From positions 1-46,397 of the forward strand of contig NW_021834655.1 in NCBI RefSeq assembly GCF_006345805.1: DNA of 46,397 nucleotides, in the 5' to 3' direction. A program made the position numbers and the translations under genes. Origin of the DNA: Octopus sinensis. Lineage: Eukaryota. Positions 38,165-46,397 of this stretch are shown piece after piece. The first letter of the stretch is position 1. Each line of letters opens with the position of its first letter. The notes beneath the pieces were generated by a model that worked only from the letters and a program-made list of their open reading frames with translations, made no database searches and was not told where the DNA came from.

Positions 38165-38684
38165 TACTGCTGGATCCATCCACTATAACTTCTTAAAACC
38201 TGGAAAAAAACATTACTGCAGAAACATATTTGAATGAAATTTCGTAAATGAAAGAAAAACTGCTACTCCTCCGTCCCAGACTGGTCAACAGAAGGGGGCC
38301 AATCAATCTTCATGATAATGCTTGACCACACGTTCCACTAATGATACACCAGAAATTGAGGGAACTTGGCTACGAGGTTCTTCTCCACCCAGCTTATTCC
38401 CCATACCGTTCTCCTACCGTATACCACTTTTTTAAGCACCTTGATGGTTTCCTGCGAGAGAAGGAGTTCCAAAATCAAACGGATGCTGAAAGTGCGTTGA
38501 AAGAATTCTTCAGCCGCAGAACTCCAGGTTTTTATGTTGGCAGAATAAACAAATTTGTTACTCTTTGGCAAAAATGTGTTGATTGTAATGGTAATTAGTT
38601 TGATGAATAAAATTTCTGCATTATTGAAATATATTGGGATGAATTTCATGTTTCAAAACATTGCTTACTTTTTACTCAGCCTGA
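38165..38684 (+). mobile_element. Mariner (Hsmar1/cecropia-like) transposase C-terminal pseudogene plus right TIR
   Basis: IHYNFLKPG, TITAETY, LVNRRGPINLHDNA*PH, QKLRELGYEVLLHPAYSPYRSPTVYHFFKHLD, WQKCVDCNG; stops and frameshift; third catalytic D lost; TIR-like end TTGCTTACTTTTTACTCAGCCTGA followed by TA. Confidence 0.93.
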
Positions 38685-38740
38685 TATATATATATACCTA
38701 TATATGTATGTGTTTTGTTTGTTCGCCGGTTTTCGCTGCA

Positions 38741-38841
38741 TATAGCGCTTGGTGGACGACTCCCTCAATACGTTGGGTCATATTACTTACAGGTATTTTA
38801 ACAGCCAGTGTATCGAGGGAGTCCTTCCTCACGGCGCTATA
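38741..38841 (+). other. Imperfect 101-nt inverted repeat/hairpin (MITE relic or structured RNA)
   Basis: TATAGCGC/GCGCTATA outer arms; GACTCCCTCAATACGTTGG/CCAGTGTATCGAGGGAGTC inner arms with G-U pairs; 28-nt loop. Confidence 0.6.
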
Positions 38842-39545
38842 GGGCCGATAGCCACTGAGAAGGTTGCAAAGAAGCAACGAAAGAGCTTTGATAAAAAAAT
38901 AGGATATTTAATAAATGAGTAGAATTGAACCAGTGTGTGTGTTAATTATATTTGCATGATGACCGTCCCTAGACACAACGAAATGCGTTTCAATACAAGA
39001 ATACACATGAAGAATGTTGCAAACCAGTTACAAATATGAGGTTTCTTTCAGTTTTGCGTTTCTCAAATTCAATCAGAAAGCTTTGATTGCCCGGTGCCTA
39101 TAGTAGAAGACGTTTTATTTTAAGAATTTTTTTATTCCTATGAACTACAGTGCGTGTGTTTCTCTTGAAGGAATGACCCACTCAAAATACATCAGGATGT
39201 ATACATGTATATATGTAAAATTTTGATTGTGTGTGAAGATCTTTTCATTGATCAGCAGGAAAATAATAAAAAAAAGAAAAATAATTACCTCAAGTATAAT
39301 TATTATTATCAATATTATTATTATTATTATTACCATTATTTTTATTACTCGTTATCTTTTCTTTGAAGAGCACAATCATGTTTGGGTTTTGAGCTAAAAC
39401 AATGGAGGTGTTATGACACGTGCTGTCACAGTATATCTGTATAGAGGGGACCATCATCATAATCGGTATCATCATCATCATCATCATCATCATTATCATC
39501 ATCATCATCTTCAGCTTTATAGCTATCGTCAATAGTAACCGGAGT

Positions 39546-40364
39546 TTAGCTTACCGTGGGTTTGCACATGTGGTCAGTATTTTCATCGTCGTAATCGTTG
39601 TCCACATCCTCCTCCTCCTCATCATCATCATCATCATCAACATCATCGTCAACATCGTCATCGTCATCGTCATCGTCATCAAGACCAGCATTGTCGTTAT
39701 CACCAGCTTCATTGCCACGCCTATTACCCCCGTGAATGCTACGATAAGGATCGAAATAGGTGCCGTCGTTATCGACGTAATCATCATCATCGTCATCATC
39801 GTCATCATCATCATCCTCATCATCATCATCATCATCATTATCATCATCATCAGTATAATATTTATCATCGTATTCATCATCATAACCATCGCCATCATGT
39901 TTATAACTATATTTACCACCACCGCGAATTTCATTACTGAGAGCTTCAACATCATCATCATCATTATGATCATCATCGCAATCATCATATTCGTCATCAT
40001 CAATATCATCATCATCATCATCATCATCATATGCGTCACCATACCCGTCGCTGTCATTCTGGCTATCCTCCTCACGAACACGAACTCCCCCGTCGTATTC
40101 AGAACCGCGTATATTGGCACCACCAAAGACAATCCTAGCGTGAGGTCTACCGCGGTCATCGTACACCAGCGTTGCTACACCATTGTGGCAACGAGCGCCG
40201 AAAGCTTGCCCGTCGCCAACGATGCCGTCAATAAAAGCAGCATCAGTCTCATCGTCGTTTACATCACTTGGAACATTGCTCGCATCGTCATCCACATCAT
40301 AAAGATTGCGAGGTTTTAAATAGAAGCCGCCATTGCTGATTGGTCTGATTCTAATGTATGCCAT
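39546..40364 (-). CDS. Questionable 272-aa Asp-rich ORF, probably a decayed (GAT)n tract
   Basis: Stop-free, with a complex N-terminal 110 aa, but the antisense frame 39420..40319 is also open in exact complementary register, as expected from RNY periodicity. Confidence 0.15.
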   Translation of the reverse strand: MAYIRIRPISNGGFYLKPRNLYDVDDDASNVPSDVNDDETDAAFIDGIVGDGQAFGARCHNGVATLVYDDRGRPHARIVFGGANIRGSEYDGGVRVREEDSQNDSDGYGDAYDDDDDDDDIDDDEYDDCDDDHNDDDDVEALSNEIRGGGKYSYKHDGDGYDDEYDDKYYTDDDDNDDDDDDEDDDDDDDDDDDDYVDNDGTYFDPYRSIHGGNRRGNEAGDNDNAGLDDDDDDDDDVDDDVDDDDDDEEEEDVDNDYDDENTDHMCKPTVS

Positions 40365-40592
40365 CGCTGTTGTGATTGTTGTTGTGATTGTGGTTGTTGT
40401 TGTTGCTGTTGTTACAAATGAGTATGTTGGGTCTGAGACTCAACTTGCTGTTCTTGCTGCTGCTGCGGCTGCTGCTGCGGCTGCTGCTGCGGCTGCTGCT
40501 GCGGCTGCTGCTGCTGTCTCAGTTGTTGCTTTTCGCGGATTTGACTTCCTCAGTCCTGTTGACTTAAATCAGGTTGCTCTTATATAGTCCGC

Positions 40593-40626
<34 letters not shown>

Positions 40627-40714
40627 AAGTAGTAGTAGTAGTAGTAGAGTAGCGGCAGTAGTAGTAGTAGCAGTAGCAGTTGCAGTGGTCCTTTATTATT
40701 TTCCTTTATTGTAG

Positions 40715-40956
40715 GACTCTGGCATAAACTTAATATACGACTTTGATTTAACAAGACTTGGTAATGGTCGAAACTGGGTAACATGTGACTACAGCGTCGT
40801 TTTTATTACCTTTCTTAGTATGGCTGTTGTTATTCTCAGTGTTCTGTTTCAGTTCGATGGTTTGTTGCTAGTTATGTCTTCATATGTACTGAGAGAGCAT
40901 GTATATACAAATACTACAAGGTATATTGCTTGCCCTGGTAGCGAAATCGATAAACC
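40715..40956 (+). CDS. Candidate internal coding exon with a hydrophobic segment
   Basis: Pyrimidine tract plus TAG at 40712-40714; single open frame over all 242 nt; GTAAGT donor at 40957; no homology recognised. Confidence 0.35.
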
Positions 40957-41029
40957 GTAAGTTTAGGGAGATTTTTTTCTGGTTTTCCTTTTATCTCGGT
41001 TTGTCTCCCCTTTTTGCGTATTTTCTTAG

Positions 41030-41130
41030 TTCCTCATCAACTCGGCCTTGAAGTTGTTGAAGTCAAGAACGAGACATCTCCTTTACTGACGTCTGAAACA
41101 CGTGACGCTGTCACAACTGATGTCATGTGA
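41030..41130 (+). CDS. Candidate terminal coding exon
   Basis: About 55-nt pyrimidine tract plus TTAG at 41026-41029; one frame reads PHQLGLEVVEVKNETSPLLTSETRDAVTTDVM* with an ExxxLL-type motif. Confidence 0.3.
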
Positions 41131-41372
41131 CTAAAAACGTAGACAAAAGCATACGCATACACACACGCGCGCGCGCACACACCTCGAATTTTTAATATTT
41201 TACGTCATAGCCGGCATTCAGGTATAGTGATGTATGCGTGTACGCATAGAACAGTAGGTATGTTTCCACATGTGGTTGTTTCTATATGTCTATGAATGCG
41301 TGTACGTATCCATGTTTGTATACATATATATGAACAACATACATAAACATTATATATAATTATATATATATA

Positions 41373-41661
41373 CTAGCAGTATTGCCCGGCGTTGCTCGGG
41401 TTTGTAAGGGAAATAACTATATAAGCATTTTTAGAGAGTTATAGCCAAAAAATAGCAAAAAATGCATTAAAATGGAAAAAAATGATGGTAATTTTTTTTA
41501 AATCGTAGACTCATCGTAGACGCGCGCTAATACCCAGAAGGGCTCGATATCAATCACGACTATAAGATACCCGGTTTTGGTTAAACTGCACCGCAAAATG
41601 TGGGAGTAGTTAGGAATCTAAATCGTAGGAGACAGACATACAACCTCTCTTTTATATATAA

Positions 41662-41664
<3 letters not shown>
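41373..41664 (-). mobile_element. Complete 292-bp non-autonomous Helitron
   Basis: 5' TC at 41664-41663 preceded by host A; 3' CTAG at 41376-41373 followed by host T; hairpin CCCGAGCAACGCCGGG about 10 nt before the end. Confidence 0.88.
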
Positions 41665-41697
<33 letters not shown>

Positions 41698-41699
<2 letters not shown>

Positions 41700-42095
41700 T
41701 CTTTTACTTGTTTCAGTAATTTGACTGCGGCCATACTGGAGCACCGCTTTAGTCGAGCAAATCGACCCCAGGAATTATTCTTTAGAAATCTAGTACTTAT
41801 TCTCTTTTGCCGAACCGCTAAATTACGGGGACGTAAACACCCCACCATCGGTTATCAAGCAATGTTGTGGGGGGGGGGACAAACGCAGATACACAAATAT
41901 ATACACACACATACATATACATATAAATATATACGACGGGCTTTTTATAGTTTCCGTCAACTAAATCCATTCGCAAGGCTTTCGTCAGCCCGTGGCTATA
42001 GTAGAAGACACTTGCGCAAGACGCCCCGCAGTGGGAATGAACCCGGAACCATGTGGTTGGCAAACAAGCTTCTTAACACAGCCACTCCTGCGCCT
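41698..42095 (-). mobile_element. SINE family A, full length
   Basis: Matches 8061-8485. Confidence 0.9.
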
Positions 42096-42389
42096 ATATA
42101 TATATATATACATATATAATACACATTAAGTACAGAAAAATCAACAAGTGAAAAATACGTAAACGCACGAGAGTTACGTAGAGGACAAAATGCCAAAAGA
42201 AGTTTAACTCCTCCTCAGGTGTCGACTGTTTTACTGCTCCCTATTACGTGACTTCAAAGAGAAGATAAGAAAACTTCATAAGACAGTATCATGCAGAAAT
42301 GTTAAAAATATAGAATTTGCTGAGACTTAGGGCTTCGAACGAATAAACAACATTTATTTTTCATTATATTTATTTCGCATACCTCTTTA

Positions 42390-42431
42390 TAATAATAATA
42401 ATAATAATAATCATTATTATTATTATTATTA

Positions 42432-42482
<51 letters not shown>

Positions 42483-42510
42483 TATTATTATTATTAATAT
42501 TATTATTATA

Positions 42511-42545
<35 letters not shown>

Positions 42546-42811
42546 CATCATTATTATTATTACTACTACTATGTCTTAATCATGTCAAATATTTGAGAAA
42601 ATTCATTCTTCTTTAAATAAGAATTTTTACAAAATTTTCTATTTTATGAAAATTTCAATCTATGAATCTAAGCAAGCCTCAATTAACTAATTACATTAAA
42701 GTTGTCATCTGAGAGATTCAAAAATTCATGTGTAAAGGCCTTTATTGAATTAATTACACACTATGATTGTTATTATTCCTGTTATAATTATTACTACTAC
42801 TATTATTATTA

Positions 42812-42857
<46 letters not shown>

Positions 42858-43480
42858 CATTATTATTATTATTATTATTGATATTATTATTATTATTATT
42901 ATAATTATTATCATTAATATTATTATCATTATTATCACGTTTACTGCTACTACTACTTCTACTAGTACTACTGCTGTTACTACTAATGCTACTACTAATA
43001 CTACTACTCCTGCTATTACTACTAATACTACTACTACTGCCATTACTATCATGGTTATCATTTCTATCATTATTTGCACAGCCATTTTTTATTCATCTAA
43101 TATTATTATTATTTGTTTATAATTATTTTTATTATTTTTATTATCATTATTATTAATATTATTATTATTATTAGTAGTAGTAGTAGTAGTAGTAGTAGTA
43201 GAGTAGTAGAAGAAGAAGTAGTAGTAGTAGTAGTAGTTGTTGTAGTAGTAGTAGTAGTAGTAGTAGAGTAGTAGTAGTAGTAGTAGTAGTCGTAGCGTTT
43301 TCATCATCATGCTCATAATCATTAACGTATTTATTAACGCTGTTAATATTTCTATTTTGATTATTAATCTAATTACATAATAATATTATTATTGATTATT
43401 ATTATCATCATATTCTTATTTTTTATTGATATTGTATTACCATTAATCTCATCATCATCATCATCATCATCATCGTCATC

Positions 43481-43543
<63 letters not shown>

Positions 43544-43775
43544 GTTGTTGTTGTTATTATTGCTGTTGTTGTTATTGGTATTATTATTATCATCATTGTT
43601 ATCTTTATTCTCATCAACTTGATTATCATTAATATATTTAGTGTCGCAAGAAATTTTCATACATCTTCATAAAAGCATAAAATTTATTGTTATAAGCAGT
43701 AGTAGTAGTAGTAGTAGTAGTAGTAGCAGTAGTAGTAGTAGTAGTAGTAGTAGCAGCAGCAGCAGCAGCAGTAGC

Positions 43776-43857
<82 letters not shown>

Positions 43858-43870
43858 ATAGTAGTAGTAG
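42390..43870. repeat. (ATT)n, (ACT)n and (GTA/GCA)n tracts
   Basis: Direct reading. Confidence 0.92.
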
Positions 43871-44094
43871 ATCGAGGGCTGAATTTTCAATTTAAACTAT
43901 TTCAATTTAAACTATATTCTATACAGCATATAAAGGATTCGTCATTCCAGCAGCGTTTTTCATTGTTTCTGATGGAATAATTAACAGAGATTTGTACAAA
44001 CGATAGAAATTCGTTTGGTTGGTCAGTAAATATGGTTGTCATAGAGAAGTGTTTCCGGTACAAATATGCCAAATGGCCTGGCACTCGTTTTATA

Positions 44095-44470
44095 GGTTTA
44101 AGCATGGCTGTATCGTTAAGACATAATTCTGGATTCAGTCCCACTCTGTGGTGTCTGGGACATGGATGTTCCCTTATATTCCCAGACCGACCCATGCCCT
44201 GTGAGTGAATTTAATGTGGTAGAAGGAAACTGTGTTGAAGCCTGTCGTATATGTGCGTGTGTGTTTGTACCTGTATCTTACTGCCCCACCACTTGATAAC
44301 CGGTGTTAGTTTACTGATGTTCTCCTGTTTTAGCAGTTCACCATAAGAGACCGATAAAATAGTTGCTAGACTCAGTTTTTTAAAAATTATACCAGAGTCG
44401 ATTTTTTCGGCTAAAATCCTAGAAGACAGTGCCCCAGCATGGTCGAAACCCAGTGACTGAAACTTACATA
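44095..44470 (+). mobile_element. Old, diverged SINE family A copy
   Basis: GGATTCAGTCCCACT, GAAGGAAACTG, GAGACCGATAAAATA, CCAGCATGG..GTGACTGAAAC blocks in family order. Confidence 0.65.
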
Positions 44471-44520
44471 GGAAATAAGTTTAGATATACATGGCAGAAG
44501 TGAATGATGTATAATAAAGA

Positions 44521-45434
44521 GGCGACGAGCTGGCAGAATCGTTAACACGCCGGGCGAAATACTTAGCGGTATTTCGTCTGCCGTTACGTTCTGAGTTCAA
44601 ATTCCACTGAGGTCAACTTTGCCTTTCATCCTTTCGGAGTCGATTATGTCACTTACCAAGTCCTTTCTGAGCCGCTCTCTGAGGCTTTATATAGCTATCT
44701 GAGGCTTTATATAGCTATCTGAGGCTTTATATAGCTATGGTGCAGCCTCACCTGGAATTTGCATCACCAGTCTGAAACTCCTATCTTGCCCAGGATATTA
44801 ATCATCTGGAAACTGTTCAGCGACGTGCAACCAAGGAATACACGCCATCAGGCATTTGCCATATTCCGAACGCCTTACTTCCCTGGGCATGGATACATTG
44901 AAACTCCGACGTCTGGCAGCTGACTTGGCAGACACCCATAGAATTATTAACCAACTCTGAGCACCTTTTCAAACTCCACCCGTCTAACACCCGTGAACAT
45001 GTTTACAAAGTCAGAAAACAGCACAGCTCCCATGACTTTCGGAAACATTTTTTCACGCTAAGACTTACTGAAGCATGGCACAAACTGCCGGCATCGGTTG
45101 TTAGTTGTCGGAGCACTGCATCCTTCAAAACTTCCATGCTTCCTGAGATTCGCCAACACTACACTTGATTTTCTCCCATCCATACACACACAAGCTTGTA
45201 TCTGACTCATACATTGTTCGCTTTCCAGACATTTTTACATTACTGCATATGCTTTATATGCATTTTTGACATGTTGTGGTGCACCTGAGCAATGTATACA
45301 ATAATTTCATTATTATGATTATTATTATTATTATAAGTACCAGTTACGCACTGGAGTCGATGTAATCGACGTAATCCCTTTGTCTGTCCTTCTTTGTCCT
45401 TTCTATGTTTAGCCCCTTGTGGGCAATAAAGAAA
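44521..45434 (+). mobile_element. SINE family B split into 44521-44646 and 45334-45434 by a LINE insertion
   Basis: The two halves rejoin into the family consensus at GTCGAT..TAAGTACCAG. Confidence 0.85.
44647..45333 (+). mobile_element. CR1-group LINE 3' fragment with (ATT)n tail
   Basis: LYIAMVQPHLEFASPV, INHLETVQRRATK, LPYSERLTSLGMDTLKLRRLAADL, RLTEAWHKLPASVVSCRSTASFK. Confidence 0.88.
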
Positions 45435-45598
45435 TATATAATAAAGGTTGCCATACATAACTAATTTTTACAAACTTGTAACAAAATGGTAGGATAATTT
45501 TCTAGGAGAAAAAGAACATCATCTATTTACAAGGATTCCAAGACTTGCATTTTAAATTAATTGTACTCAGCCCTATAACAAAATATAATTACTTGTGA

Positions 45599-45863
45599 AT
45601 GAGTGGAATCGGTAAAAGACAACGAAGAAAGATTAGCATTGGGCGATAAATTTAAGCTAAATTTTAGCTATTCATGAAGGAATCTTCCTTAAGCCAAAGA
45701 CCGAATCTATTCAAAGTACCAAAGTTCGAAAGAGAACGATCAGAAATTGAGACGATAGATTAAGGCAATTATCTCAGAACTTGTACAGTAAAATTTGCAT
45801 GAAATAACCGCCCGACAAAGTAAAATGCGAAATGGGGACATATAGAATAATGTTGAGAATACC
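45599..45863 (+). pseudogene. Possible decayed pogo/Tigger transposase N-terminus
   Basis: MSGIGKRQRRKISI..DKFKL and KMRNGDI*NNVENTLLF resemble psq and CENP-B HTH motifs; many stops. Confidence 0.3.
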
Positions 45864-46067
45864 TTACTCTTTTACTTGCTTCAGTCATTTGACTGTGGCC
45901 ATGCTGGAGCACCGCCTTTAGTCGAGCAAATCGACCCCAGGACTTATCCTTTGTAAGCCTAGTACTTATTCTATCGGTTTCTTTTGCCTAACCGCTAAGT
46001 TACGGGGTCGCAAACAAACCAACATCGGTTGCCAAGCGATGTTGGGAGGACAAACACAGACACACAA

Positions 46068-46080
<13 letters not shown>
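45864..46080 (-). mobile_element. SINE family A 3' half
   Basis: Matches other copies up to the internal microsatellite. Confidence 0.88.
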
Positions 46081-46106
<26 letters not shown>

Positions 46107-46112
46107 TACCAC

Positions 46113-46397
46113 AGGCGAGCTGGCAGACACACCGAGCGAAATGCGTAGCCGTATTTCGTCTGCCGTTACGTTCTGAGTTCAAATTCCGCCGAGGTCGACT
46201 TTGCCTTTCATCCTTTCGGGGTCGATAAATAAAGTACCAGCTACGCACTGGGGTCGATGTAATCGACTTAATCCGTTTGTCTGTCCTTGTTTGTCCCCTC
46301 TATGTTTAGCCCCTTGTGAGTAGTAAAGAAATAGGTATTTCGTCTGCCGTTACCTTCTGAGTTCAAATTCCGCCGAGGTCGACTTTGCCTTTCATCC
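46113..46397 (+). mobile_element. SINE family B plus a second partial tandem copy from 46334 (cut by the window end)
   Basis: Matches family B. Confidence 0.88.

Noticed and set aside
40520-40560. Minus-strand CTGAGGA...GCGAAA
   Set aside because: Only 2 bp of stem II and no valid NUH site

Overview
Eukaryotic, very AT-rich, microsatellite-dominated DNA. The SINE/LINE repertoire is most consistent with an octopus or other cephalopod genome (inference from recognition, no database search). No complete host gene is visible, and nearly all long ORFs in the supplied track are translations of simple repeats. Recognisable content: three tRNA-derived SINE families (A, CORE-like with an internal CA/TA microsatellite; B, Meta-domain-like; C, ACA-tailed), decayed RTE, CR1 and other LINE 3' ends, two mariner fragments, two non-autonomous Helitron copies, and a possible two-exon host-gene fragment near 40.7-41.1 kb. 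The most notable signal is a set of hammerhead ribozyme (HHR) motifs in short Penelope-like elements embedded in (TA)n tracts. One is an almost complete type I HHR (25226-25298, minus). A second co-oriented HHR (25899-25993) has its predicted cut 671 nt away. There is also a two-copy variant-core HHR family (3010-3047, 36991-37026) and a pair of half-HHR direct repeats (37177, 37945). All folds and alignments were done by eye and boundaries of old repeats are approximate.
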